IMG/VR virus record: IMGVR_UViG_3300027985_000918
Location: 62,001-126,000 of that record
Reading direction: 5' to 3' (one strand)
DNA: 64,000 nucleotides
Made by a program: the position numbers and the translations under genes. Below the pieces are notes generated by a model. The model did not search any database and was not told where the DNA came from. It saw only the letters and a list, made by a program, of their open reading frames with translations. This document shows, piece after piece, positions 9,745 to 19,205 of the stretch. Position 1 is the stretch's first letter, and each line of letters starts with the position of its first letter.

Positions 9745-10386
9745 TTACCTAACTTCCAGGAGGGAATCCAAGTTCACACGCTCATCGTCCTGGATGTGGA
9801 CGGGTTCACCATCTTTCAGCACCCAACCGTACTCTAGGGGGGCCAGCCCCAACAGGGGCTGGCCCTTCCTCAAGACAGGACCTTCCAGTCCTTCTCTGCA
9901 CTTCACATAGTAGGCCAATGAGGCGGGGACCGGGATGTAAGTCTCCGAGAGACCACTGTTCTCACACCACTTGGAGATGGGGGTGTTCATGAAGCGGAGG
10001 ACCGCAGTGTGGGGTACCACAATCGCCCACTCCCACCGATGATCGAAAAGGACATACACACACCCCCGGGAGAGATCCCCCGCCTCAATGGCTTTCCTCT
10101 GCTCGATGTGGATGGTGTCGAAACTGAAGTTGCCGTCCGTCCAGGAGTCCCTCCACTTCGAGTCGTCCATCCCCTTGCGGGCCAGCTCTACCCCATATGT
10201 CCCGTCGAGAGATAGCAGGTCGATGCCGTAGCGGTCGGGATTGTCACGAAGCTGGATGCGGTCGAGCCCGAAGATCTCTTTGACCGCCTTCCGCAACTGC
10301 GGGGAATCCGCATAGGCCCTCCGAGCCTGAGGGTCGTTGGTCCGGAAGGCCGAGTCCTCGAACCTCTTGTTCTGGTGGATCTTCAC
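9745..10386 (-). CDS. putative PD-(D/E)xK-like nuclease
   Basis: DNPDRYGIDLLS...VELARK...W...FDTIHIEQRK resembles restriction-endonuclease-fold phage proteins. Confidence 0.5.
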   Translation of the reverse strand: MKIHQNKRFEDSAFRTNDPQARRAYADSPQLRKAVKEIFGLDRIQLRDNPDRYGIDLLSLDGTYGVELARKGMDDSKWRDSWTDGNFSFDTIHIEQRKAIEAGDLSRGCVYVLFDHRWEWAIVVPHTAVLRFMNTPISKWCENSGLSETYIPVPASLAYYVKCREGLEGPVLRKGQPLLGLAPLEYGWVLKDGEPVHIQDDERVNLDSLLEVR

Positions 10387-11057
10387 TCCACTGGCTCCAG
10401 CCGAACCCGTAGGACCACCCGGTGAGTCCAGGAATGCTCCGCCTCGTCTGTCTCGTGATAGAACCGCAGGTCGAACGGACGATTGGTCACCGGGTACGAC
10501 AGGTACTGGGAGGACAGATCCATGGTGAGCGTCTCCCCACAGTGAGGGCAGTCACTGGTGACAGTGATGGGGAGGTAGGTCCTCTTGGACAGTTCGATCT
10601 CCCCGTCGTTGTTCTCGATGGCCACCTTGGGACTCAACTCGTCTCGGATTCGCATCAAGATCTCCCCAAGCTGGTTACGCCCTACCCCAGTGGAGAGGTC
10701 CACCCCCCAGTACAGATCCCCCCAAGTATTGCCCTCCCGCAACTCCCGAGACCCTGTCGCCAGCAGAGCCTCACCTAGGTCCGGGTGCTGGGTGAACTTG
10801 GCCTTGCACACCTCGTACATGACCTGGGCCTTGATGTCCTCCCAGTCCGGCCGGAGGGTGCAGCGCCTCCCATTATGCTTGGACTCTTGGCAGGTTGCCG
10901 AGTTGCGGATCAGCTCATGCTCCGCCTCGATGACGGTCTTGGCAGCCTGGAAGGCATGCTCCGTTGAAGGGTAGGTTTTCCCGTTCCACTCGATAGGGGC
11001 TTCCCAGAAGTTGGAGAGCCAGCGGGTCGGGCCACGAAACTCGTTGATAGGCTTCAT
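10383..11057 (-). CDS. NADAR (YbiA-like) domain protein with C-terminal extension
   Basis: LSNF, YPSTEHAFQAAK, KFTQHPDL, LLATG, EGNTWGDLYWG, GRNQLGEILMRIR. Confidence 0.9.
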   Translation of the reverse strand: MKPINEFRGPTRWLSNFWEAPIEWNGKTYPSTEHAFQAAKTVIEAEHELIRNSATCQESKHNGRRCTLRPDWEDIKAQVMYEVCKAKFTQHPDLGEALLATGSRELREGNTWGDLYWGVDLSTGVGRNQLGEILMRIRDELSPKVAIENNDGEIELSKRTYLPITVTSDCPHCGETLTMDLSSQYLSYPVTNRPFDLRFYHETDEAEHSWTHRVVLRVRLEPVE

Positions 11058-11178
11058 TTTCAGGGGTGCCCCTCACTGTGAGTGTCTGGTTGTTGTACCC
11101 CTAACGGGGTAGACCATTACCGGGTTAGAAGGCCGAAGGCCAAAAATGTAGGGGGCGTTTTTGAGAGGTGGGCCGGAT

Positions 11179-11655
11179 TTACGGGAACAGAAGGTGCTTT
11201 CGCCCAATGAGGGCTTCCCAGGCCGAGGCGGACTGCTCTGCTGTCCGGGGTTCCATCCCCACGACGTGCCAAACCACCTCTGAGTCCCACTCCCCCCAGT
11301 AGTCCTGGGAGCAGGAGTAGGACATCTCGACCCAGAAGGCCTGGCCGGGGGAGATACCCTTCTGCAAGAGGAAGGTCTCCAGCTCGGAGATCAGCCCGAA
11401 AGGGCAGGTGTTCATCCCTAGAACCCCGTCAAGGTTTCCCAGAGCGTCTAGCTCGTAGCCCAGCCAGTGCTGAGGGGGGGCCCCCTCTCCATCGATCTCC
11501 AGAGTCAAAGACCCCCACTCCCAACTCTCCGCCGCCACCAGGCGGACCATGCACCAGGAGTTTCCCCAGATGCCACAGTCGTTCACTACGGGACACTTGA
11601 ATGGCTCAAGGGGTTCTGAGTCCATGCCCACCAGGGTGATGTTGAAGCGTTTCAT
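11179..11655 (-). CDS. hypothetical protein
   Basis: 158-aa ORF in minus-strand run. Confidence 0.7.
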   Translation of the reverse strand: MKRFNITLVGMDSEPLEPFKCPVVNDCGIWGNSWCMVRLVAAESWEWGSLTLEIDGEGAPPQHWLGYELDALGNLDGVLGMNTCPFGLISELETFLLQKGISPGQAFWVEMSYSCSQDYWGEWDSEVVWHVVGMEPRTAEQSASAWEALIGRKHLLFP

Positions 11656-12034
11656 GAATGAACCTCATCTTGGCGGCATCACCGTCGGTGACCCAAAACC
11701 GAACCCCCAACGGAATCCACTCGAACCTCAGACCCGGGAACCTTCTCCGAGGGACATCGTGGGTGAACTTCACACCCGAACCCCCCGTGTACCTGTCGAT
11801 GAACCGTAGCCTAGCCCCCTGGAACAAGGTGGTGTCCCGGTAGTCCCGCCACCGCACCAACGCCGGCCAATACACCGCCGGAGATGCCGTAGACCCCCTC
11901 AAGGCCTGAAGGACAGGCGGAGGCTCCATATCGAACATCTCAGCCATCCGCCGATTCCCCTTGCACAGGTAGAGCTTGAACTCCCACGGACGGGTTAGGC
12001 GGACTAAGACGCCCGGCTGAGGTTCAATCGCCAC
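11606..12034 (-). CDS. hypothetical protein
   Basis: 142-aa ORF, motif at 12117-12142. Confidence 0.6.
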   Translation of the reverse strand: MAIEPQPGVLVRLTRPWEFKLYLCKGNRRMAEMFDMEPPPVLQALRGSTASPAVYWPALVRWRDYRDTTLFQGARLRFIDRYTGGSGVKFTHDVPRRRFPGLRFEWIPLGVRFWVTDGDAAKMRFIHETLQHHPGGHGLRTP

Positions 12035-12149
12035 TGGGGGGCTCGTCCCACTGGGTCTTGTGCCATTCCGACCGGGACTGGTTCACAGAAAGAACTCCTC
12101 TGGAGGTACTGGAGAGATACTCGAATCTGCGTGGGTGTTACCCGGGGAC

Positions 12150-12655
12150 CCGGCGACGGAGCCCACTTGTTAGGGGTTCAGAGGATCAGAGGACTGGCTC
12201 AACCGAGAGGGGTCTATCACCCCTGATAGCGGGGAGGCCCCCGCTACCCTATCAGCCAGCCCCGTCGCCGGGATCCGGTGCCTGTCGCACATTGAGGCCC
12301 CTGCCGGCAGCCGCAGAGGTAGGAGGTCCCCCGCTTTATGAGCCCCCGGGTGAGAGGAGCAGCACCCGAGGACACAAAGCGGAGGGGGTCGGGGGGCACA
12401 TGTGCGAGGTGCTGAGTACCAGCCTGTTGGACACAGGAACAACAGGCCCTACCCTGGGAGGTCTTGCGTGGACCTCTACCAGATACCCCTGACCGATGCA
12501 AAACGGGATCACCCGTAGTTCTTCTTGCTCAAGACGGCGGAGATGCTACCCCCACCCTTATTTCTCAGAGGGGTTGCGGCCGGGACCCTTGGGTGATCCA
12601 TTCTACCCGGGGCCCGGCCGCAATGGGTACTTCGCCTTATCCGTGTTCTGGGGGC
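12150..12655. ncRNA. candidate structured non-coding RNA
   Basis: No credible ORF; multiple hairpins and crossing helices (see findings). Confidence 0.4.
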
Positions 12656-12662
12656 CGCAGCC

Positions 12663-13265
12663 TCAGTTGATGTTGTACTGGACCTTGGCGCCGGGAAGCC
12701 CAGCGAAGATGTCTTCGCCTTCCTGGGCTGCGGCGACGGGCTGGTTCCTGTCGTCCCCCTGAGCCGGGCTCACGCCCAGGGATGCGAGCCCCTCGTCCTT
12801 CATGATGTCCGAGGCGATGCTCCCGTCCGGGTCCTCGATGCCCAGAGCTTCCTTCATGATGAGGCTGAGCGTCTTCTGCAAGGTCCGGGCCAGGATCTGT
12901 TCCTGGAAACTGGACATGGCGGGGGTGCTGTCGTAGATCGTGTCCTGGTAGCGCTGGTACATCGGGGACTGGATCATCGGCAGCAGCTCGGCCAGATCGG
13001 CCTCGGTTAGATGGGCGCAGTACACGGGCGCCATGCTGTCCAGGAAGCCCGGGTACAGCTCCACCATGGCGTTCTCGATGATCCCGCCGATCTGATCCAT
13101 CATGAACGAGAAGTCCTCGGCGGCCGGCACCAAGACCTGCTCGGCCTGGAACCGCAACTGGACCATGGCCCTGACCAGGTGCCTGAGACGATCCTCGGAG
13201 TACGTGGCCTCCAGCACCGTCCTGGCGGCCTTGATGTGCTCCTGGGTGTATTCGCTGTTGTTCAT
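12663..13265 (-). CDS. DUF2059-like protein
   Basis: YCAHLTEADLAELLPMIQSPMYQRY resembles DUF2059 pattern; motif at 13316-13341. Confidence 0.5.
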   Translation of the reverse strand: MNNSEYTQEHIKAARTVLEATYSEDRLRHLVRAMVQLRFQAEQVLVPAAEDFSFMMDQIGGIIENAMVELYPGFLDSMAPVYCAHLTEADLAELLPMIQSPMYQRYQDTIYDSTPAMSSFQEQILARTLQKTLSLIMKEALGIEDPDGSIASDIMKDEGLASLGVSPAQGDDRNQPVAAAQEGEDIFAGLPGAKVQYNIN

Positions 13266-13336
13266 TTTCCCATCCTTCGGCCCCGAATCTCCGGGGTTTC
13301 CTGTTCCGGTACTAGCTACCGGAAAATGGGTTGAGG

Positions 13337-13792
<456 letters not shown>

Positions 13793-13806
13793 CTATCTGC
13801 TCCCTT

Positions 13807-13995
13807 TCAGGCTGTCCAGAGGGCGTAGGAACCCACTACCGCTCCGGACAGGATGACCCGGTACCAGAAGTCCGAGGTCAGCAACTTCCCGGGGTTCGTG
13901 AAGTAGTCGGGGTTCCGGTCCCCAGCCGGCTGGATGAACGTCACCAGCAGGAACGACAGGAAGTACACCAGGATGAAGATCGCCAGGTATTTCAT
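13807..13995 (-). CDS. small membrane protein
   Basis: 62 aa, two hydrophobic segments. Confidence 0.65.
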   Translation of the reverse strand: MKYLAIFILVYFLSFLLVTFIQPAGDRNPDYFTNPGKLLTSDFWYRVILSGAVVGSYALWTA

Positions 13996-13996
13996 G

Positions 13997-14191
13997 TCAC
14001 CAGCTCCTCAGGAGAATGTCCTTGTGGCAGCGGGGGCACTCGACCCACCTACGGCCGTCTGGCCCCCCACTGTAGTCCTTACCGTTGTACTCCTGCACGT
14101 CCTGTGGCAGGTACTCCACGATCCCTCCGCAGTTCTGACAGGTGATCCGCTTCTTTGCGGAAGGATCCTCACCCACGATCTTCGCCATCAC
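13997..14191 (-). CDS. small zinc-ribbon protein
   Basis: CQNC...CPRC. Confidence 0.75.
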   Translation of the reverse strand: MMAKIVGEDPSAKKRITCQNCGGIVEYLPQDVQEYNGKDYSGGPDGRRWVECPRCHKDILLRSW

Positions 14192-15015
14192 ACCAGCTCC
14201 AAGTCAGTCGGGGCGTAGGACCCGACCTCCCCGTTGAGAGACACGTTGAAGCGCAGGCCCTGGGAGTCATGCCAGCTCACCACCACACCCTCGACCCCCC
14301 TGTGATCCCCCCCCTGCGCCGGCTGGGATACGAACAGCTCGGACAGAGGAGCCTGAGCGTCTACCGTGACCTTGGACCCCGGCTGGAACACGAACAGCTC
14401 GAACAGGGGTACCAGGGCGTCTACCATGTCCAGGGTCAGGTGCATCCGCATCGACACCTGATCCCCAGCACAGTTCGTGTCTACCCCGAACCAGCAGGCC
14501 GCCTCCGACGCCAGAGAGCTGTCCTGGAGACTGCATTGCTGGCCCAAGGAGTCCTCGAACTTCATCACCCCGAACCCCCGGGACGTCCAGGTGTTCGCCG
14601 GTACGGTGCCGTTCTGCTGGAAGTAGCGCAACCCCAACAGGGCCGGGTATGCTGCTTTCGGGTCGGAGAAACTTAGCGTGTCCCGGTTGTCGTACATCTC
14701 GTCCGTCCACGGAGGACGGGCATCCGGGGCGTACAGAGCCCACCGAACTCCGAGATTCAGCTCGTTCGGGGCTAGACATACCTGGCAGATCTGGCCGGAG
14801 CGGTCGTAGAAGGTTCCGAAGTTGCGCTCACCGTCCGTCCACTGGATGTCCATCGGGAGACGGGGGTTTCCCCGCCACACCCAGTCTTGGTTCATCTGGA
14901 ACACCGGACACTCACTGCTATCTCGGTCCAGACAGTTGCCATCGCAGGTGGCAGCATGGAGGTCCCGCCAGTTCACAGGGGCCCTCCGACTGGTCTTGGT
15001 GAAATCTTGCTTCAT
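14188..15015 (-). CDS. hypothetical multi-domain protein
   Basis: 275-aa ORF, motif at 15043-15069. Confidence 0.75.
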   Translation of the reverse strand: MKQDFTKTSRRAPVNWRDLHAATCDGNCLDRDSSECPVFQMNQDWVWRGNPRLPMDIQWTDGERNFGTFYDRSGQICQVCLAPNELNLGVRWALYAPDARPPWTDEMYDNRDTLSFSDPKAAYPALLGLRYFQQNGTVPANTWTSRGFGVMKFEDSLGQQCSLQDSSLASEAACWFGVDTNCAGDQVSMRMHLTLDMVDALVPLFELFVFQPGSKVTVDAQAPLSELFVSQPAQGGDHRGVEGVVVSWHDSQGLRFNVSLNGEVGSYAPTDLELV

Positions 15016-15071
15016 GATCCCGCCTTTTTTGTTCTATCGGACCTACTTGGGATTGGGATTAGGGTTACCTC

Positions 15072-15392
15072 TCATTGACCAGGAGCCGTTAGGGCCATCC
15101 CGACGATGCTGTCCCACCCCGAACCGCCACCACAAGGGTTCCCATACCATCGGTTGTGATCGTTGGAGTCGAACCCCCGGAATTCCCGCTCTTTTTCCCG
15201 CACCAACAGGGAGAATCCCCAGTCGAACAGGGCCTTCTTGATTGAGTGGACCGGAACCCGGAGGCTCCTGTTCAACGCCTGAAGGTCGATGTGATCGAAG
15301 AACTCCCGATCGTCATCGCACAGGTATTCCACGAACGCCTCGATGGAGGCGTATTCGGGATCCTGGAACAGGGCTTCGGGGTCTCGAATCAT
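15072..15392 (-). CDS. hypothetical protein
   Basis: ATG 15392 after AAGGAGG; motif at 15419-15444. Confidence 0.75.
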   Translation of the reverse strand: MIRDPEALFQDPEYASIEAFVEYLCDDDREFFDHIDLQALNRSLRVPVHSIKKALFDWGFSLLVREKEREFRGFDSNDHNRWYGNPCGGGSGWDSIVGMALTAPGQ

Positions 15393-15439
15393 GGGGTCCT
15401 CCTTCCGTTCTGGAGGACCTACTTGCATAGAGGGAGTTG

Positions 15440-15673
15440 TTACCCGAGGAGCCGGGCCTTGATGAGGTCAGCGGCGTCGTAGCACCCCGCACGGGTCGCT
15501 AGCTCCACCACCGTCCGAAGCTGGTCCGTCACACTGTCCTGACGCTGAGGCTGGACCTTCTTGATGAGTCGAGCCCCCTCCTTCTCCGGGTCACATGCCA
15601 CTTGCAGCGCCTTCCACGCCCGCCAGGCCCGTTCCAAGGGGAGCAGTTCCTCATCCACCTTCACCTTCGCCAT
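15440..15673 (-). CDS. hypothetical protein
   Basis: Short ORF in operon; start uncertain. Confidence 0.55.
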   Translation of the reverse strand: MAKVKVDEELLPLERAWRAWKALQVACDPEKEGARLIKKVQPQRQDSVTDQLRTVVELATRAGCYDAADLIKARLLG

Positions 15674-15899
15674 GCCGAGGTTCGCCCGAACCTTGCCAGA
15701 CGACTGCCCCAATGGCGTCTACCAAATCGTAGGTATCCCCCGGTTCCAGAATCAGCCCGTTCTTGTTGGTGCTGAGATCCCCATCCTCGTGATACCAGTC
15801 GTCGCCCATCGGCCAGTCCTTGTAGAACTGCTGCAGCTCATACCCCTTGACTCTCATAACCAACTCCTGAATGACCCTCTCTTGGGCCTCGGTGGTCAT
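15651..15899 (-). CDS. hypothetical protein
   Basis: 82-aa ORF. Confidence 0.65.
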   Translation of the reverse strand: MTTEAQERVIQELVMRVKGYELQQFYKDWPMGDDWYHEDGDLSTNKNGLILEPGDTYDLVDAIGAVVWQGSGEPRHGEGEGG

Positions 15900-15950
15900 G
15901 TCCCGAAAGTTCCGCTCCGGACGGGGCCAAGCTCCGGGGCCATGTACCCA

Positions 15951-16409
15951 TCATGCCGAAACGAAGCATAGATCGAAGCTGTAGTAGGGCTCAGTGTACC
16001 ACCCCGACCCCCTCGTGAAGCGGGGGCTCACTACGATCCCGGCACCCAGGCTGTCGGCAATCCCCCAATCCGAGGGACCCGACTCCCAGCACACCCGCCA
16101 TTCCCCACTGCTCACCTGATCCTCCTCCGGCGGCACGCAGAACGTCTCCCAGCCCGGCGACATGCCCTCAGTCTCGTGGCAGTACATCACCACCTGGGCG
16201 TAGGCGTAGATCACCGCCTCTTCCAGGCTCTGAGCCACGGCCACGCTCAAGTCGAACCGCTCCGCCCACTCCACCATCCGGTCCCCAAGGGCACGGTAGC
16301 GGCGATCCTGAGCATCATAGGAGGAGCCCTCCGAGCGGCGGATGGCCCTACCCTCCCTGTAGAAGTTCCGAAGAGTCGCAAGATGTTGCTGAATCGTCTC
16401 GGGTTGCAT
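15951..16409 (-). CDS. hypothetical protein
   Basis: ATG 16409 after GGAG. Confidence 0.7.
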   Translation of the reverse strand: MQPETIQQHLATLRNFYREGRAIRRSEGSSYDAQDRRYRALGDRMVEWAERFDLSVAVAQSLEEAVIYAYAQVVMYCHETEGMSPGWETFCVPPEEDQVSSGEWRVCWESGPSDWGIADSLGAGIVVSPRFTRGSGWYTEPYYSFDLCFVSA

Positions 16410-16425
16410 CGGTTGACTCCTGGGA

Positions 16426-16632
16426 TCAGTCTCCCGTCCTCTCCACCACTCGAAGATCCCCAGGGGAACAGCCGTAGTGGGAGTTGTAGTGGGACACCAC
16501 CACCTGGATCCGTTCCTCTGCCTGCTCCCGGGTGAGGTACCCCCTCTTAGAAGAGGAGGTGCGGTACGGCAACCGTCCCGGCCAGGCGGCGTGGGTGCGG
16601 TCTTCGATGACGTAGTCGGTTCTCTGGGCCAT
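16426..16632 (-). CDS. hypothetical protein
   Basis: ATG 16632 after AAGGAGG; motif at 16662-16688. Confidence 0.7.
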   Translation of the reverse strand: MAQRTDYVIEDRTHAAWPGRLPYRTSSSKRGYLTREQAEERIQVVVSHYNSHYGCSPGDLRVVERTGD

Positions 16633-16757
16633 CCTCGGTCCTCCTTCGCTGTACACACCCCCTACTTGGCTGACCTAAGGGGGTTACCTTCAGGAGCGAA
16701 AAATTAATCCGGCGAAAAATGCGGGTCCGACGGGATGCCAAAAGAAAACGAAGAGTT

Positions 16758-17024
16758 TTAGCGGCCGGTTGTACTCAGGTGAGACGACTCAGGGGGCAGT
16801 CTGGAAGACCTCTCTTGACGGTACTCCATCACCGTCATGTTCCCGCTCGCCCCCACATACACCATGAACGTGCCCCAGTAGGATAGCACCGCCCCCAACA
16901 GGGCGTTTTCTAGGCTCGGGTGAAAGACGAGCAGGATCAGAAGCACCAGTAGGGGGACACCGTGGAAGAACGCTAGCCAACACCTAGCTCGGAACCGAAG
17001 GTTTTGGAAGTCGGCATCGGTCAT
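16758..17024 (-). CDS. small membrane protein
   Basis: 88 aa, two hydrophobic helices. Confidence 0.6.
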   Translation of the reverse strand: MTDADFQNLRFRARCWLAFFHGVPLLVLLILLVFHPSLENALLGAVLSYWGTFMVYVGASGNMTVMEYRQERSSRLPPESSHLSTTGR

Positions 17025-17250
17025 CGGATCGTCCTCTGGGGAGAAAACCCCGCTGGAATAGGGCTCGGGGAGTCGTTTTTGGGGGGGATGGGCACATCGC
17101 TACCCCCAAAGCAGACGCCCCCTGTGAGAGAAACTACCCTTCTCAGCGTTGATCCGAACCCTGTTGCCTTCGACAATGTCATTTTGGGTGCAGATTCAAT
17201 CCCCCGTCTGGAGGGCTGGCGGGGACCCGATCACCTTTTTTAAGCGGTTC

Positions 17251-17430
17251 TGGCACGGAGCTTGCACACACCCACCACCCCAGGTGGACACCCCGAGTCA
17301 CGGGGGGTGTGCAAGCTCCGTGCCACCCTTCAACAGGTAACCCAGGGCTTGCACCCCCACCCCCCTCAGGGTACACCCCAAGTATTGGTGGAGTGTGCAA
17401 GCCCTGGGCCACCCTTCAACAGGTAACCCA
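17251..17430. repeat. two long hairpins separated by a 23-bp direct repeat
   Basis: 19-bp perfect IR 17251-17269/17307-17325; 14-bp perfect IR 17341-17354/17395-17408; GCCACCCTTCAACAGGTAACCCA at 17322 and 17408. Confidence 0.85.
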
Positions 17431-17551
17431 CCAAAAGTTGTGCCAAGCTACTCTGTCCCGCAACTTGTTCCGTAGTACCTACTTGCGGAGCCCCTGAAGT
17501 TACCTCCCCCGGCGCTCCCAAGAACCCGTGGGGGGGCGCCGGGGGAGAGGC

Positions 17552-18232
17552 TCAGCTCCCGCTGGTCGGCAGGGGTACCGTCCTCGTGGGGTCCCACACC
17601 GTCACGCCGAGCCATTCCGCCGCCTCGTACCAGGCTGCCAGCTCGGCGGGGTGAAGGTCGCCGTACAGGTACACGGTCACGTCGAGGTCGGAGACGTCTT
17701 GCAAGACGCTCATGCAGGCCTCCGCACACAAGGTGTGCGGCACGCCGTAGGCCCCCGTGCTGAGGGCAGGCACGGCCAGGCTCTTGCAGCCCAAGAGCTG
17801 GGCCATGGTGACTGCCCCGCTGTAGCACGAGTACAGGGCGTCGACCACGTCGTCCTCGTCCTCGGTGACGCTCTCTCCCACACGCAGCACTTCCTCCCGC
17901 AGAGGGCTCATGATGGGCCCCACGGTGTTGAGGACCCAGCCCACGCTGAGCCCCGTGCCGGTGGCCGGTACCGGGCGCACCTGGCCTTGGGGGCAGCGGA
18001 GGGTCACGTACCTTTCTGATAGGGGTCCCTCGGGCAGGTTGTGGCTGCTTTCCCGATAGGGGTGCCGCACGCCAATCACCTCTTCACACCGCTTCCGAAG
18101 GATTGCTCCAGCCTTGCGGTGGATGGCTCCGTCGACCCCTCCTCCCCCCAGCATCTGAGGGTTGGCGGCGTTCAGCAGAGCGTCCCCCTTGAACTCGGAA
18201 ATGTCCCCAAGGACGATGGTCATGGCACTCAT
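17552..18232 (-). CDS. macrodomain protein (ADP-ribose hydrolase, YmdB/MacroD-like)
   Basis: GDISEFKGDALLNAANPQMLGGGGVDGAIHRKAG, VLNTVGP, SLAVPALSTGAYG; motif at 18346-18372. Confidence 0.9.
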   Translation of the reverse strand: MSAMTIVLGDISEFKGDALLNAANPQMLGGGGVDGAIHRKAGAILRKRCEEVIGVRHPYRESSHNLPEGPLSERYVTLRCPQGQVRPVPATGTGLSVGWVLNTVGPIMSPLREEVLRVGESVTEDEDDVVDALYSCYSGAVTMAQLLGCKSLAVPALSTGAYGVPHTLCAEACMSVLQDVSDLDVTVYLYGDLHPAELAAWYEAAEWLGVTVWDPTRTVPLPTSGS

Positions 18233-18386
18233 ACAGGACCTCCAGGTCAATGCGGTACCGGATATACTGGGGAGTAGGGGACTGTTACCCCCTTTCCGGC
18301 AGCCTTGGGAAGAGGCACCGCTGGTCTCTGAGCCTTGCGACAAGCCTACTGGCGAAGAGTGAGGGGGTTACCTCCCCCAAGAACGA

Positions 18387-18423
18387 CAACCCCCGCTCTG
18401 AGGCGATCCCAGAGCGGGGGTTG
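18387..18423 (-). terminator. hairpin terminator closing candidate ncRNA
   Basis: CAACCCCCGCTCTG-loop-CAGAGCGGGGGTTG. Confidence 0.7.
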
Positions 18424-19157
18424 AAGGGTGTCCGGCGTAGCAGGTTGAACGACGAAGGAGGACACAACGCCGGGGCACCAGCGGACTTAGGTAGCTTCTT
18501 GACACCTTGAGGGAGAGCACGCCAGGCCACTCAGGGAACCTTTTCCGACTTCTTCGGATCCTGAGTCAACCCGTCCGCCTTGGCTTCGGGGGACTGCGCT
18601 GCGGTGGTCCTCGGTTTCCCGAGATCCCCCTTGTGGGGGTCCCCACCGTCTCGACCCAGCTCCGGGAGCTACCCGTATGCCTCTTGTCGTCCGTCGGCTC
18701 CATGTACCCCTGCCTCCTGCCCTCTCAGGCAGAGGCTCCAGGGTGTAGGTTAAGATGGCTCAGAGGGGGCTTCAAAAGCCCACTCTGCCCCGCTTCAGAC
18801 TTCCCTTCTGCTTGCGGGGACCGTCCGGTCGTGGTCTATGCTAGGTTGTGGCTTGGCTGACGTCGCCCACCTCTACCCGTGGGGCTCTGTAGGGCTCTCC
18901 AGTTCACCGCTCGTCACGGATCCCTAGGACTGGTCCCGGGAGGGGTCAGCTCCCGTCCCCGGTTACTGGCCGGTGGACCTGGCTCTTTGGTTCAAGCCAC
19001 CCTACATTGTGTTCAGTCTTCCGGCTGCTCCTGGGGGTCTCAGCTTTCGCTCTCCCAGGCCCTGCTCTGCCTTCTTATGAAGGCAGTCCAGACAAGCCTG
19101 CCGTGCTCTCTCTCAAGCTGTCAAAGAGTGTGTCGGGGGTCTGTTCCCCTTCCACGC
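18387..19157 (-). ncRNA. candidate large structured ncRNA (~750 nt)
   Basis: Own motif at 19163-19189, terminator at 18387-18423, no credible ORF, 26/29-bp terminal pairing, internal hairpins. Confidence 0.6.
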
Positions 19158-19205
19158 TATAGCTACTCGAACCCGGGGGTGTTGTTACCACCCCACTAGC
19201 ACTTT

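Noticed and set aside
12058-12762. ORFs 12058-12492, 12170-12442, 12244-12501, 12496-12762 and those at 18250-19199
   Set aside because: No RBS, low-complexity Pro/Arg/Gly composition, mutually overlapping; regions better explained as structured non-coding sequence
17030-17245. tRNA or tmRNA near GATTCAATCC
   Set aside because: Flanks do not form a T-stem or cloverleaf; no tag reading frame recognised
18640-18800. RNase P (GAAGGGAAGTCTG) or group II intron domain V (GAGCCG...) within the candidate ncRNA
   Set aside because: Partial resemblance only; no matching P4 3' strand, no canonical domain V hairpin or GTGCG 5' end
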